Of a DNA stretch of 64,000 nt, positions 52,344 through 63,605 are shown piece after piece. Below the pieces are notes generated by a model. It was given only the letters and a program-made list of their open reading frames with translations, had not been told where the DNA came from and did not search any database. The stretch spans positions 1-64,000 of the forward strand of contig CAVPCT010000009.1 in NCBI GenBank assembly GCA_963702475.1, read 5' to 3'. Origin of the DNA: an uncultured Thermoleophilia bacterium (lineage in GTDB: Bacteria > Actinomycetota > Thermoleophilia > UBA2241). Position 1 is the stretch's first letter. Each line of letters begins with the position of its first letter. Both the position numbers and the translations under genes were made by a program.

Positions 52344-54623
52344 ATGCCGCCGTCAAACACCCCGGTCGCGTCAGCACGTCCACGCACCGGCACGGCGCCT
52401 GCGGCCGCGCGCCGGCGCCCTCGCTTGCCGGCCCTTGCCGTCCTGGCCGTGCTGGTCGCGCTCCTGTGCGCGGCCGGTGACGCGCTCGCCGTGGCTCCGC
52501 CGGGCGGCGCGGGCGGCGGCGACCGCGACAAGCCCGACCCGTACGCCGTGAGGCAGCTGCGGCACGGCATCATGCCCGGCGTCTCCGTCGCGGGGGCGTC
52601 GCGTGCCGGGCGCGCCGCCGGTCTGCGGCTGGACAAGGTCCTCACGATCCTCGTGGAGTTCGCCGGTACCGACTCCGTGGGAGGCGCCTCATACACAGGC
52701 CCCCTGCACAACCGGATCCCGGCGCCGTCGCCGGGCGACAACACCACCTACTGGGTCGCGGACTTCTCGCCCCAGCACTACCGGGACATGCTCTTCGGCA
52801 CGTCGCAAGGGTCGCGCTCCATGTCCGCGTACTTCCGCGATCAGTCCGGGGGCGCGTACAGCGTGAGCGGCGAGGTGTATGGCTGGGTGGAGGTGTCGCA
52901 CGCGGAGGCGTACTACGGCGCGGCTCAGGGCGCGCGCGTGCCTGAGCTCGTCGCCGAGGCCGTCAAGGCGCTTGGCGACGAGGTGCCATGGTCTGACTAC
53001 GACCAGGACCACGACGGCGTGGTGGACCACGTGCAGGTCGTGCACGCCGGGGCTGAGGTGGCCGGCAGCTGGACCATCTGGGCGCACTCCGCGACCCTCA
53101 GCAAGGGCGTGCCCACCAGCGACCCGGGCGTGGTGGTCCGCTCGTACACCATCCAGCCCGAGAACGGCACCATCGGCGTCTTCTGTCACGAGTTCGGGCA
53201 CAGCCTGGGCCTTCCGGACCTCTACGACATCGCCTACACCGGCGAGGCCAGCACCTCGTACTGGACGCTCATGAGCACCGGCTCGTGGGTGGGGGCGCCG
53301 GGGGAGGCCGTGGGCACCGCGCCCGCCAGCCTCGGGCCGTGGGAGCGGGCGCAGCTCGGCTGGGTGAAGCCGGTCGTGGTGACGCCCGGGCAGCGCAAGA
53401 AGAGCGTGAAGCTCTCGCCGGCGGGAACCACCGGCGGCACCCGGGCCATCCGCATCGACCTGCCCGACTACGAGTGGACCTTGAGCGTGCCCGTCCCGCA
53501 CGGCGGCGCGCAGGCGTGGTGGAGCGGCAGGGGAGACCTGATGACCACCACGCTCACGCGAGACGTCATGCTGCCCGCCGGCTCGGTGCTCGCCTTCTGG
53601 ACCTGGTACGACATCGAGCCCGGCTACGACTACGGGTACGTCGAGGTCCGGCCCACCGACAGCGACGAGTGGAAGCGGGTGAAAGGGTCGATCACCACCG
53701 ACGACGACCCCTACTTGGCCAATGAGGGCAGCGGCATCACCGGCCCGAGCGTCTGGGCACCGGGCAACGTGGACGGCTCCGTGCTCGCGACGTTCGACCT
53801 CTCCGCCTTCACGGGGCCGTGCACGCTGCGCTTCCGGTACGTCACCGACACCGCCATGACAGGGGACGGCTGGACCTGGAGCGACCTCGCCATCCGCGCA
53901 GGGGGCGAGACGGTCTTCTCCGACAGCGGCGCCTCTCTGCAGGGCGGGTGGCAGTCCCAGGGATGGCGGCAGACCGCGGGCGAGATCCGCCAGACGGCCG
54001 ACAACTACTACATGCTGGAGTGGCGCGCCCCCGTCGGGTCCGACGTGGGCATGACGTGCTGGCCGAACTGGGTCTCGGACACGACGTCGGAGCCGTATCG
54101 GGCGCTGCCCGGCATGCTGGTGTGGTACTACACCGACCAGTTCTCCGATGAGCTGGTCGGCAAGCACCCGTGGCAGGGCATGCTGCAGGTGGTGGATGCC
54201 AGGCCGGGCCGGCTCTCGGCCGCCGGCACCCAGACCTGGGCGCAGCAGGACTTCGGCGTGGACGAGGGGTTGCCGGCGCCGGTGTGGGTCAACCTCGCCG
54301 ACGCGACGTTCAACACGGGCCTGCAGCCGGGCCAGCGCGTCTCCGTCGGGTATGACCAGGGTACCGCGCAGGTGACGATCCCGGCCGGCCCGCGCGAGGC
54401 GCGCTTCGACGATGCGAAGCCCTGGACCGACCAGTTCTGGCGGCCGTCGCTGCGCTGGGACTCTGGCGTGTGGCCGGCGTGCTTCACCCCCAGGGTCCTG
54501 ACCGAGTCGCTGAACAGCACGGTCGTGCCGCTGCGCGGCGTGAAGATCTCGGTCAAGCCGGGCGCGGGGACCTTCTCGGGCGGTCTCGTGACGGTGGACT
54601 ACAGAAAGCCCGTCAAGCCGTGA
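52344..54623 (+). CDS. Secreted M6-family metalloprotease (immune inhibitor A-like)
   Basis: Signal peptide; GPLHNRIP, DYDQDHDGVVDH..VHAG, IWAH, GVFCHEFGHSLGLPDLYD, LMSTGSW, YDIEPGYDY. Confidence 0.9.
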   Translation: MPPSNTPVASARPRTGTAPAAARRRPRLPALAVLAVLVALLCAAGDALAVAPPGGAGGGDRDKPDPYAVRQLRHGIMPGVSVAGASRAGRAAGLRLDKVLTILVEFAGTDSVGGASYTGPLHNRIPAPSPGDNTTYWVADFSPQHYRDMLFGTSQGSRSMSAYFRDQSGGAYSVSGEVYGWVEVSHAEAYYGAAQGARVPELVAEAVKALGDEVPWSDYDQDHDGVVDHVQVVHAGAEVAGSWTIWAHSATLSKGVPTSDPGVVVRSYTIQPENGTIGVFCHEFGHSLGLPDLYDIAYTGEASTSYWTLMSTGSWVGAPGEAVGTAPASLGPWERAQLGWVKPVVVTPGQRKKSVKLSPAGTTGGTRAIRIDLPDYEWTLSVPVPHGGAQAWWSGRGDLMTTTLTRDVMLPAGSVLAFWTWYDIEPGYDYGYVEVRPTDSDEWKRVKGSITTDDDPYLANEGSGITGPSVWAPGNVDGSVLATFDLSAFTGPCTLRFRYVTDTAMTGDGWTWSDLAIRAGGETVFSDSGASLQGGWQSQGWRQTAGEIRQTADNYYMLEWRAPVGSDVGMTCWPNWVSDTTSEPYRALPGMLVWYYTDQFSDELVGKHPWQGMLQVVDARPGRLSAAGTQTWAQQDFGVDEGLPAPVWVNLADATFNTGLQPGQRVSVGYDQGTAQVTIPAGPREARFDDAKPWTDQFWRPSLRWDSGVWPACFTPRVLTESLNSTVVPLRGVKISVKPGAGTFSGGLVTVDYRKPVKP

Positions 54624-54819
54624 CGGAGATACGGCCCGGCCGGCCGCGCGCAGTGCGGCCGGCCGGGGCCGTTGGTCTCCGTCCTGACGGTCTGGTAGAC
54701 TGCCGGGCGGCTCGCGCCTCTCGCCTCGGCATGCTCTCCGGGCGTGTCGCGGCCACGACGCTCGCTCACGCAACCCGCGCCGGCCACCATCGCGCCGGGC
54801 GCAGTTCCCAGGAGGCACG

Positions 54820-56036
54820 GTGGAGAAGCGCACGCACCTGTTCACGTCGGAGTCGGTCACCGAGGGCCACCCCGACAAGCTCGCCGACCAGATCTCCGAC
54901 GCGATCCTCGACGCGATCCTCGCCGACGATCCCTACGGCCGCGTGGCCTGCGAGACGCTCGTGACCACCGGCCTCGCCTTCGTGGCCGGCGAGATCACCA
55001 CCGAGTGCTACGTCGACATCCCCAAGATCGTGCGCGAGACGGTGCAAGAACGTCGGCTACACCAACGCCCTGTACGGTTACGACTACGAGACCTGCGGCG
55101 TCATGGTGGCCATCGACGAGCAGTCGCCCGACATCGGCCAGGGCGTGTCCAAGGCCTACGAGGTCCGCACCGACGTCAACGACGACGACGTGCTCGATTC
55201 CCAGGGCGCCGGCGACCAGGGCATGATGTTCGGCTTCGCCTGCACCGAGACGCCCGAGCTCATGCCGCTGCCCATCGCGCTGGCGCACAAGCTGGCGCAC
55301 CGCCTCGCCGACGTGCGCAAGGCCGAGATCCTTCCCTACCTGCGGCCCGACGGCAAGTCGCAGGTCACGGTGCGCTACGAAGACGGCAAGCCCGTCGAGA
55401 TCGTCAAGGTCGTGCTCGCCTCGCAGCACGCCGAGAGCGCCGACCTGCAGAGCATCATCTACCCGGACCTCATCGAGCACGTCGTCGAGCCCATCCTCCC
55501 CAAGACCATGTACGACGTGAACAAGATCGAGGACCTCGTGGTCATCAACGCCACCGGCAAGTTCGTCATCGGCGGCCCCATGGGCGACTGCGGCCTCACC
55601 GGCCGCAAGATCGTCGTCGACACCTACGGTGGCGCCGCACCGCACGGCGGCGGCGCCTTCTCGCGGCAAGGATCCGAGCAAGGTCGACCGCTCCGGCGCC
55701 TACGCCGCCCGCTACGTGGCCAAGAACGTGGTGGCCGCCGGCCTCGCCGAGCGCTGCCAGGTGCAGGTGGCCTACGCCATCGGCGTCGCGCATCCGGTCT
55801 CCGTCATGGTCGACTGCGAGGGCACCGAGAAGATCGAGCTCACCACCATCGAGTCGCTCATCGGCGAGCACTTCGACCTGCGCCCGGCGGCTATCCTCCG
55901 CGACCTCGACCTCCGCCGTCCCATCTATCGCAAGACGGCGGCCTACGGGCACTTCGGCCGCAACGACCACGACTTCACGTGGGAACGCACCGACAAGGCC
56001 GGGGCACTGCGCGCGGCCGCCGGGCTCACGGCCTGA
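54820..56036 (+). CDS. metK: S-adenosylmethionine synthetase; frameshifts near 55046 and 55664
   Basis: [58 protein letters not shown]. Confidence 0.95.
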
Positions 56037-56070
56037 TCGTCCCGACGACGCTCGAGGACGGCGGCGTGGC

Positions 56071-58542
56071 GTGAATAGCCGACGCCGCGGGGCTATCGAG
56101 CGGGGCGACGAAGCGTCACCGCTCCGCTACGCCGCCGTCTTCCCGCTCGTGCGCACGCGCGCCTTCGCGGAGGCGTTCGACTACGAGGTGCCGTCCGGGC
56201 TCGAGGGGCGCGTGGCGCCCGGGGCGCTCGTCGCCGTCCCGCTCGGATCGCAGACCGTCGTCGGCGTCGTACTCGAGCTGCGCGCCCACACCGCGCACGC
56301 CGGGCGCGTCGTGGCGCTGCACGACCTGCTGGACGTGCCGCGCATCCCCGCCGACCTGCTGGCGCTGGCGCGCCGCATAGAGGTCTACTACCTCACGTCG
56401 TTCTCGGCGGCGCTGGCGCTGGTGTGCCCGCCGACCGGCGCCCTCAAGGTGCTGCGCAGCTGGGAGCTCACCGACGCCGGGCGCGCCGCGCTGGAGGCCG
56501 GCGAGGAGCAGCTCGACGAGCTCGCCGGAGCCAAGGTCTCGGGCGGCCCCGCCGGCAGGCTCGCCGCGAAGTACCGCCGCAAGGGCTGGCTGCGCGTCGC
56601 CTACCGCGTGCACGTGGCCGGCGCCGCGCCGGCCGGGCGCGAGCTCGCGCGCGGCGACGTCACCCCCGCGCGGCTGGGACCGAGGCAGCGCGCGGCGCTC
56701 GAGCTCGTCGAGAAGACCGGTGTCGGCGACGAGCTCACGGTGCGCGCCGCCACCGGCCTCTCGCTGCCCGGTCTGCGGCGTCTGCTCGAGGCGGGCGCGC
56801 TGGTCGAGGCGGGCGGCACGCCGGGCCCGGATGCCGCCGCCCCGGAGGCGGTGGCCGCGGCGGACGCGGCGCAGGACGCGAGCGGGGCGGCTCCGGGCCC
56901 GGGCTCGGCCGCAGCCGCCCAGGCCTCGCGCGCCGTCGCCTGTGCTGCGCTCTCCGACGTCCCCGACCTGCTGCCCGAGCAGCGCGCGGCCGTGCACGCC
57001 ATCCTTTGCGCGGCGCGCCCCGGGGAGGAGGTACTGCTGCACGGGGTCACCGGCAGCGGCAAGACGGAGGTGTACCTGCAGGCCGCCCAGGCGGCGCTGG
57101 AGGGCGGCCGGTCCGTGCTCTTCCTCGTCCCCGAGATAGGCCTCACCGGCCAGACCGTGACGCGCGTGCGGGAGCGGTTCGCGGGTCAGAAGGTGGCCGT
57201 GCTGCACTCCGGCCTCACGGCCCGCGAGCGCCTTCTCTCGTACCGGGCGATCGCCGACGGCGAGGTACGGCTCGTGGTCGGCGCGCGCTCGGCGGTGTTC
57301 GCGCCGCTCCGCGACCTCGGTCTCGTCATCGTCGACGAGGAGCACGACACCAGCTACAAGCAGGAGAGCGAGCCGGCGTACGACGCTCGCACCGTGGCCG
57401 GCTGGCGCGCCGCGCAGGGCGGCGCGGTGATCGTACTGGGCTCGGCCACGCCCAGCGTCGAGGCCTACGCCCGTGTCCCGCTGCATGCCGACCTGCGGCG
57501 CCGCGTGGACGGCTCGGTGCCGCCGGCCATGGAGGTCGTGGACATGCGCGACCACCACGGCGTGTTCTCGGATACCTTGGCCGCCGCGCTCACCGCCACT
57601 GTCGACGCCGGGGAGAAGGCGATCCTCTTCCTCAACCGGCGCGGGTTCGCCTCGTACCTCATCTGCGACCACTGCGGCCAGGCCTGGATGTGCCCGCACT
57701 GCGACGTCACCCTCGCGCTGTTCTCGGGACAGCGCCTGCGCTGTCGCACCTGCGGTCACACCGAGCCCGCGCCGGGTGCCTGCCCCGAGTGCGGCAGCAC
57801 CGACCTCGTGCGCCACGGGTTCGGAACGGAGCGCCTCGAGCATGAGGTGCGGACGCTGCTCCCCGGGATCGAGCTCCTGCGCCTGGACTCCGACGTGGCC
57901 GCCTCGTACCACCGGCTCCGGGCCGTGCTCGACCGCTTCGCCGCTCCGGGGGCGAAAGTCCTCGTGGGAACGCAGATGATCGCCAAGGGTCACCACTTCC
58001 CCGAGGTCACGCTCGTGGGCGTGGTCAACGCCGACGTCACGCTCCACTTCCCCGACTTTCGCGCGGAGGAGCGCACGTTCGCCATGCTGATCCAGGTGGC
58101 GGGGCGCAGCGGCCGCGGCGAGCGTCCCGGCCGTGTGGTGGTGCAGACGCTGAATCCGGACGCCCGGCCCATCGCCGCGGCGGTGGGGCGTGAGGAGGAG
58201 CGGTTCTACGCGGAGGAGGTGGACAGGCGGCGCGAGCTCGGCTACCCGCCCGCCGGTCAGCTCATCGCGCTCGAGGTCTCGGGGACCGACGTACAGAAGG
58301 TGGGCGTGGCCGGCCGCTACACGGCGGAGAAGCTCGCGGCGCGCTTGAGTCACGGCGAGCAGGTCCTGGGCCCAGGACCGTTGTGGCGGGAGAGAGGCCG
58401 TCACGCCTGCCGCGTGGTGGTGAAGACCACGCAAAGCGGGCACACTCTTGACAGCCTGCGCCGTTGGCTGGCGGCCGACCGAGACAGGTACGGCGCGCGC
58501 GGCGTCCGGCTGGTGCCCGACGTCGACCCGCAGTGGCTGTGA
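56071..58542 (+). CDS. priA: Primosomal protein N'
   Basis: FDY N-terminus, [22 protein letters not shown], four Cxx[17 protein letters not shown]. Confidence 0.93.
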   Translation: MNSRRRGAIERGDEASPLRYAAVFPLVRTRAFAEAFDYEVPSGLEGRVAPGALVAVPLGSQTVVGVVLELRAHTAHAGRVVALHDLLDVPRIPADLLALARRIEVYYLTSFSAALALVCPPTGALKVLRSWELTDAGRAALEAGEEQLDELAGAKVSGGPAGRLAAKYRRKGWLRVAYRVHVAGAAPAGRELARGDVTPARLGPRQRAALELVEKTGVGDELTVRAATGLSLPGLRRLLEAGALVEAGGTPGPDAAAPEAVAAADAAQDASGAAPGPGSAAAAQASRAVACAALSDVPDLLPEQRAAVHAILCAARPGEEVLLHGVTGSGKTEVYLQAAQAALEGGRSVLFLVPEIGLTGQTVTRVRERFAGQKVAVLHSGLTARERLLSYRAIADGEVRLVVGARSAVFAPLRDLGLVIVDEEHDTSYKQESEPAYDARTVAGWRAAQGGAVIVLGSATPSVEAYARVPLHADLRRRVDGSVPPAMEVVDMRDHHGVFSDTLAAALTATVDAGEKAILFLNRRGFASYLICDHCGQAWMCPHCDVTLALFSGQRLRCRTCGHTEPAPGACPECGSTDLVRHGFGTERLEHEVRTLLPGIELLRLDSDVAASYHRLRAVLDRFAAPGAKVLVGTQMIAKGHHFPEVTLVGVVNADVTLHFPDFRAEERTFAMLIQVAGRSGRGERPGRVVVQTLNPDARPIAAAVGREEERFYAEEVDRRRELGYPPAGQLIALEVSGTDVQKVGVAGRYTAEKLAARLSHGEQVLGPGPLWRERGRHACRVVVKTTQSGHTLDSLRRWLAADRDRYGARGVRLVPDVDPQWL

Positions 58543-58564
58543 AGGCATGAGGTACGATTGAGTC

Positions 58565-59146
58565 ATGAGCGACACGACACACATCGAATGCGAGGAAGAG
58601 GTCCTCACCCGGCGCGAGCGTGAGGCGCGCACCGAGATCCGTGTCATCGGCGACCCCGTGCTCCGCGAGCGGGCGCGCGAGGTCACCGTCTTCGACCGCA
58701 ACCTGCGCAAGCTCGCCAAGAGGATGCTCCGTATCATGCACGACGCCCCCGGCGTGGGCCTCGCGGCCCCGCAGGTGGGCGTCGTACAGCGTCTGCTCGT
58801 GTACGACGTGGACGAGGACCCGAAGGTCCTCGTGAACCCCGTGCTCGACGAGCCCTCGGACGAGACGGAGGAAGGCGAGGAGGGGTGCTTGAGCGTCCCC
58901 GGCCTGCGCATGCCGGTCGAACGGCCCGTCGGCGTGCGCGTGCGGGCCTTCGACGTCGACGGCGAGCCTCTGGACTACCGAGTGGAGGGCTTCGAGGCGC
59001 GCGTCATCCAGCACGAATACGACCACCTGGAGGGCGTGCTCATCGTCGACCGAACCACGCGCGCCGCCCGCGCCGCCGCCATGCGCGTGCTGCGCGAGCG
59101 CGACGCCGACGGCGTCAGCTGTCTCGGCGGCGGCGGAGGTCTCTGA
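58565..59146 (+). CDS. def: Peptide deformylase
   Basis: GVGLAAPQVG, EGCLS, QHEYDHL. Confidence 0.95.
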   Translation: MSDTTHIECEEEVLTRREREARTEIRVIGDPVLRERAREVTVFDRNLRKLAKRMLRIMHDAPGVGLAAPQVGVVQRLLVYDVDEDPKVLVNPVLDEPSDETEEGEEGCLSVPGLRMPVERPVGVRVRAFDVDGEPLDYRVEGFEARVIQHEYDHLEGVLIVDRTTRAARAAAMRVLRERDADGVSCLGGGGGL

Positions 59147-59193
59147 GTGGCGGGCGGTCGCGGCGCCGCGCGCGGCGCCGCCTGCGCCCGCCC

Positions 59194-60096
59194 GTGAGCG
59201 GTCCGCGCTTCGCGTACGCCGGCACGGCGCCGTTCGCCGAGCTCGTTCTCGCGCAGCTGCTCGAGGCCGGTCGCGTGCCGGCGGTCGTCGTCACCAACCC
59301 GGACCGCCCGCGCGGCCGGCACGGTACGCCGCGGCCGCCGGGCATCAAGCTCACGGCCGTGGAGCGCGGCATCCCCGTCATGCAGCCGCCGCGCGTGTCG
59401 GAACAGGCGGCCGTGGACGAGCTGCTCGGCTTTGCGCCGGACGTGCTGGCGGTGTGCGCGTACGGGCAGATCGTGGGCCGGCCGCTGCTCGCGGCCCTGC
59501 CGGTCATCGTCACGCACCCCTCGCTGGTGCCGTGCTGGCGAGGCGCCGCCCCCGTGGAGCGCGCGCTCATGGCCGGCCAGACCGACCTCGGCGTGACGAC
59601 CCTCAAGATGAGCGAGGGCGTGGACGAAGGGCCGGTCGGCGACACGCGGCACGTGTACGTGCCGCCGGACGCCGACGCCGGCCGGGCGTACGAGCTGCTC
59701 GCCGGCCCGGCGGCGGAAGGCCTCGCGGCCACGATGGACGCGGTCGTGGCCGGCACGGTGGTGTGGCAGGAGCAGCTCGGCGAGCCGACATACGCCGCGA
59801 AGATCGGCTCCGGCGACAAGGTCATCGACTGGGACCGCCCGGCGGCGGAGATCGTCGATCAGGTGCGGGCGCTGTCGCCGCACCTCGGCGCCGTGACGGA
59901 GCTGCTGGGCAGACGCACGTTCGTCTGGCGCGCGGCGGTGGGGGAGGGCCCCCGGCCCGAGCCCGGACCCGCGCGCCTCACCCTCGACGCCGGCGACGGC
60001 TGGGTCGAGGTGCTCGAGCTGCAGCAGGAGGGGCGCGCACGGGTGAGCGCCGCGGAGTTCCTCCGCGGCGCCGGGCGCGCGCTGGCCGGGCGATGA
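59194..60096 (+). CDS. fmt: Methionyl-tRNA formyltransferase
   Basis: AGTAPFA, VVTNPDRPRGR, AYGQI, HPSLVP.WRGAAP, GVDEG, TYAAKI. Confidence 0.9.
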   Translation: MSGPRFAYAGTAPFAELVLAQLLEAGRVPAVVVTNPDRPRGRHGTPRPPGIKLTAVERGIPVMQPPRVSEQAAVDELLGFAPDVLAVCAYGQIVGRPLLAALPVIVTHPSLVPCWRGAAPVERALMAGQTDLGVTTLKMSEGVDEGPVGDTRHVYVPPDADAGRAYELLAGPAAEGLAATMDAVVAGTVVWQEQLGEPTYAAKIGSGDKVIDWDRPAAEIVDQVRALSPHLGAVTELLGRRTFVWRAAVGEGPRPEPGPARLTLDAGDGWVEVLELQQEGRARVSAAEFLRGAGRALAGR

Positions 60097-60165
60097 GGTC
60101 CCGAGAGCAGGCGGCAGGCGGCGCCGAGGCTGCCGCACGTACGCCGGCTGCCGGCCCGGAGCCCG

Positions 60166-61512
60166 GTGAGCGTCGCCCCCGCCCGCGCCGCGGCCCTCGC
60201 GGTGCTGCTCCGTCTCCGCGCCGAGGGCGACCGCGCTGACGACTCTCTCGCCGCGCTGCCGGAGCTCGATGCCCTCGGCGAGCGGGACCGTGCCCTGGCC
60301 AACGAGCTCGTCGTCGGCACGGTGAAGCGGCGCGCGTCGCTCGACGCGGTCCTCGCGGCGTTCGCGAAGGCGCCGCTCTCGCGCACCGACGGCCGTGTGC
60401 TCGAGGCCCTGCGGCTCGCCGCGTTCCAGCTGCTGTTCCTCGACCGCGTCCCGGCCTACGCGGTCGTCGACGACGCGGTCGCGCAGGTGAAGAAGCAGGG
60501 TGCGCGCACGCAGGGCTTCGTCAATGCCGTGCTCAGGCAGGTCGCGCGGGAGGGGCGCGCAAGGTTCGCCGCCCTGTCCGAGGGCGACGCGACGCGCGCC
60601 TGGACGATCCGCTACTCGTGCCCGGAGTGGCTCGTGCGTCTGCTGCGCTCCGAGCTCGGCGACGAGGCGGCGGCACGCTTCCTGGCCGCCGCCGCCGAGC
60701 CCCCCGAGCGCTGCCTGCGCGTCAACGCGCTGCGTGGCGGTGGCGCGGCGGCGCGGCAGGCGCTGGCCGCCGCCGGCTACACGACACGCGGCGTGCCCGG
60801 TCTGCCGGAGGCGCTGCTGTACGACGGGCCGCCCCTGGAGCGCTCGGCCCCGTTCCGCGAGGGGCTCGTCACGCCGCAGTCGCAGGGCTCGCAGGTCGCG
60901 GGCCTCGTGGCGGCCGCGTCGGTGCCGTCCGGGGCGGCGCTGCTGGACCTCTGCGCCGCGCCCGGCACGAAGACGGCGCAGCTGGCGGCCGCGCTGCCGC
61001 ACGCGCGCCTCACCGCCGTGGACGTGGACGAGGTGCGTCTCGGGCGCATGCGCGCCAACCTGGCGCGCCTCGGCGCGACCGGCGCCGACGTGCGCAGCGC
61101 GGATGCTCTCGATCTTCCTGGTTCGTTCACGGGAGCGTTCGACGCGGTGCTCCTCGACGCCCCGTGCAGCGGCTTCGGCACGCTGGCGTCGCGCGCCGAC
61201 CTGCGCTGGCGCCGCCGCGAGGCCGACGTCGCCCGTCTCGCGCAGCTCCAGCGCCGCCTGATCCGCCGCGCGGCCGTCTGCGTGCGGCCCGGTGGCCGGC
61301 TCACCTACGCCGTCTGTACGCTGCCGCGCGCCGAGACCGTCGAGGTCGTCGACGCCCTCCTCGCGGAGGGTGGCTGGGCCCTCGAGGACCTCGGCGCGGC
61401 CTGGCCCGAGCTGCGCCACCCTGAGGCCGGGGGCTGCCTTCTCGTCCTGCCGCCGGCGCACGGCGCCAGCGGGTTCTTCGTGGCCCGCCTGCGGCGCGAG
61501 CAGGCGGGCTGA
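60166..61512 (+). CDS. rsmB: 16S rRNA m5C967 methyltransferase
   Basis: NusB-like N-terminus (FVNAVLR), DLCAAPGTKT, DAPCSG, YAVCT, GFF. Confidence 0.9.
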   Translation: MSVAPARAAALAVLLRLRAEGDRADDSLAALPELDALGERDRALANELVVGTVKRRASLDAVLAAFAKAPLSRTDGRVLEALRLAAFQLLFLDRVPAYAVVDDAVAQVKKQGARTQGFVNAVLRQVAREGRARFAALSEGDATRAWTIRYSCPEWLVRLLRSELGDEAAARFLAAAAEPPERCLRVNALRGGGAAARQALAAAGYTTRGVPGLPEALLYDGPPLERSAPFREGLVTPQSQGSQVAGLVAAASVPSGAALLDLCAAPGTKTAQLAAALPHARLTAVDVDEVRLGRMRANLARLGATGADVRSADALDLPGSFTGAFDAVLLDAPCSGFGTLASRADLRWRRREADVARLAQLQRRLIRRAAVCVRPGGRLTYAVCTLPRAETVEVVDALLAEGGWALEDLGAAWPELRHPEAGGCLLVLPPAHGASGFFVARLRREQAG

Positions 61513-61616
61513 GCCCGGCCCACGCGCCGCCCGCCATCCTCCGCAGGCGCGCGCCGTCGGGGTAGAATGTCGGCGCGCCGCCCGTCGGTGGCGCGCGAGC
61601 CTCGGAGGGAAGCGCC

Positions 61617-62297
61617 ATGACCGACCTGCTGCATGAAGTCCACATCGCCCCGTCCATCCTCTCGGCCGATTTCGCCGCCCTCGCCGCCGACGTGGAGACG
61701 GTCCTCAACGCGGGGTCGAAGGTCGTCCACGTCGACGTGATGGACGGCCATTTCGTGCCCAACATCACCATCGGCCCGCTCGTCGTCTCTGCCCTGCAGT
61801 CGCTCGTGCACGGGGCCGGCGCCCTGCTGGACGTCCATCTCATGATCGAACACCCCGAGAAGTACGTGCCGTCCTTCGCCGCCGCCGGCGCCGACGTCAT
61901 CGTCGTGCATCAGGAGGCCTGCGTGCACCTCCACCGTGTGCTCGGCCTCATCCGCGAGTCCGGCGCCTCGGCCGGCGTCGCCCTCAATCCGGCGACCCCG
62001 GTCGAGACCCTGGCCGAGGCGCGGTACCACTGCGACCTCGTGGTCGTCATGTCGGTCAACCCCGGCTTCGGGGGGCAGAGCTTCATCGACACCTCCATGG
62101 ACAAGCTCCGCCGGGCGCGCGCCTACCTGCCGGAGTCGGTGGCCATCGAGGTCGACGGCGGGGTCTCGACCATGAACGCCAGCGCTCTGGTGGCGGCCGG
62201 AGCGAACTGGCTCGTCGCCGGCTCGAGCGTGTTCGGTGGGCCCGACATCGCCGAGCGGTACGGCGCGCTGGCGTGCGCTGCCGGCGAGGCCGTATAA
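61617..62297 (+). CDS. rpe: Ribulose-phosphate 3-epimerase
   Basis: APSILSADF, HVDVMDGHFVPN, DVHLM, MSVNPGFGGQ, VDGG. Confidence 0.96.
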   Translation: MTDLLHEVHIAPSILSADFAALAADVETVLNAGSKVVHVDVMDGHFVPNITIGPLVVSALQSLVHGAGALLDVHLMIEHPEKYVPSFAAAGADVIVVHQEACVHLHRVLGLIRESGASAGVALNPATPVETLAEARYHCDLVVVMSVNPGFGGQSFIDTSMDKLRRARAYLPESVAIEVDGGVSTMNASALVAAGANWLVAGSSVFGGPDIAERYGALACAAGEAV

Positions 62298-62314
62298 TCG
62301 CGTCGTACCACCAA

Positions 62315-62432
62315 GCTGCTTCAGGGCGGGGTGAAAGTCCCCACCGGCGGTCACAGCCCGCGAGCCCTCCATGGAGGGTCGACCAGGTGAGATCCCTGGG
62401 CCGACGGTCACAGTCCGGATGAGAGAAGCAGC
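62315..62432 (+). ncRNA. FMN riboswitch (RFN element)
   Basis: TTCAGGGCGGGGTGAAAGTCCCCACCGGCGGT...GCCGACGGTCACAGTCCGGATGAGAGAAG; TATAAT upstream; precedes ribD. Confidence 0.95.
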
Positions 62433-62456
62433 GTCGCGCGGTGACGCGTGTCGTCG

Positions 62457-62487
62457 GCCCTGAAGCACCGGCTTCAGGGCGTTTTTT
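62457..62487 (+). terminator. Riboswitch-controlled intrinsic terminator
   Basis: GCCCTGAAGC-ACCG-GCTTCAGGGC followed by a T run; 5' arm is also complementary to the aptamer's GCTTCAGGGC (antiterminator). Confidence 0.85.
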
Positions 62488-63582
62488 GTGAGCGGTGACG
62501 ACGACAGGTACATGGAACAGGCGTTCGCGTTCGCCGAGACGGGCCGCGGCCGCACGCATCCCAACCCGCTGGTGGGCGCCGTGCTGGTGAAGGACGGCGT
62601 CGTGGTCGGGACGGGGTCGCACCTCGCCGTGGGCGAGGCGCACGCCGAGGTCGTGGCGCTGGAGGCCGCCGGCGAGTTGGCGCGCGGGGCCACGCTGTAC
62701 TGCACGCTCGAGCCGTGCAGCCACCATGGCCTCACGCCCCCGTGCGCGGACGCGCTCGTGGCGGCGGGCATAGGGCGCGCCGTGATCGCATTGGAGGACC
62801 CGAACCCTCTGGTCGGGGGGCGCGGACTGCGCCTGCTGCGCGACGCCGGCGTCGACGTGGAGCTCGCCGGCGAAGAGTGGCGGACACGCGCACGCAGGCA
62901 GAACGCGCCGTTTCTCAAGTTCCACACCTGCGGTCTGCCGCTGGTGACGTACAAGGCGGCGGTGACCCTGGACGGAAAGGTCGCGGCGGCCGGCGGCGAT
63001 GCCCGCTGGATCAGCTGCCTCGACAGCCGCCGCGCCGTGCACGAACTGCGCGCGCAGGTGGACGCCGTCCTGGTCGGCGCCGGCACCGTGCGTCGCGACG
63101 ACCCGGAGCTCACGGTGCGGCTCGCCGAGGGCAGGGACCCGGTGCGCGTCGTGGCGACACGCGACGGCTGGCTGCCCGAGGACTCCAGAGTGCTGACGAC
63201 GGCGCACAAGGTGCCGACCATCGTGCTCGCCGAGCACGCCTCGGACGCCGCGCGGCACCTGCTTGCGGCGCGCGGCGCCGAGCTCCTCGAGTACGGCGAC
63301 GGCGGCATGCGCGCCGGCCTCGCGGCGCTCGCGGCGCGCGGCCTGCTCGACGTGCTCTGCGAGGGCGGCCCCACCCTGGCCGGCGATCTGCTTGCTCACG
63401 GCCTGGTGGACCGCCTGCTGCTGTTCGTGGCGCCGCTCATCGTCGGGCGCGGCGCGCCCGACCTGTTCGCGGCGCCGGCCGTCGGCTCCGTCGCGGAGGC
63501 CTGGCGGCTGCGCGACATCGAGTGGCGGCAGGTCTGCGACGACCTGCTGCTCAGCGGCACGCTGACGCCCGAGGACACCTGA
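62488..63582 (+). CDS. ribD: Riboflavin biosynthesis deaminase/reductase
   Basis: PNPLVGA, HAE, TLEPCSH..PPC, LDGK, DDPELTVR, EGGPTL. Confidence 0.95.
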   Translation: MSGDDDRYMEQAFAFAETGRGRTHPNPLVGAVLVKDGVVVGTGSHLAVGEAHAEVVALEAAGELARGATLYCTLEPCSHHGLTPPCADALVAAGIGRAVIALEDPNPLVGGRGLRLLRDAGVDVELAGEEWRTRARRQNAPFLKFHTCGLPLVTYKAAVTLDGKVAAAGGDARWISCLDSRRAVHELRAQVDAVLVGAGTVRRDDPELTVRLAEGRDPVRVVATRDGWLPEDSRVLTTAHKVPTIVLAEHASDAARHLLAARGAELLEYGDGGMRAGLAALAARGLLDVLCEGGPTLAGDLLAHGLVDRLLLFVAPLIVGRGAPDLFAAPAVGSVAEAWRLRDIEWRQVCDDLLLSGTLTPEDT

Positions 63583-63605
63583 GATGTCGCGCGGAGACAC
63601 CTGAC

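Noticed and set aside
49150-56036. der and metK as pseudogenes or programmed frameshifts
   Set aside because: These are normally essential single-copy genes with isolated 1-nt insertions and no slippery sites; sequencing error is more likely.
54820-58542. Apparent 1240-aa MetK-PriA fusion ORF
   Set aside because: Artefact of a metK frameshift running into the priA frame; metK ends at 56036 and priA starts separately.
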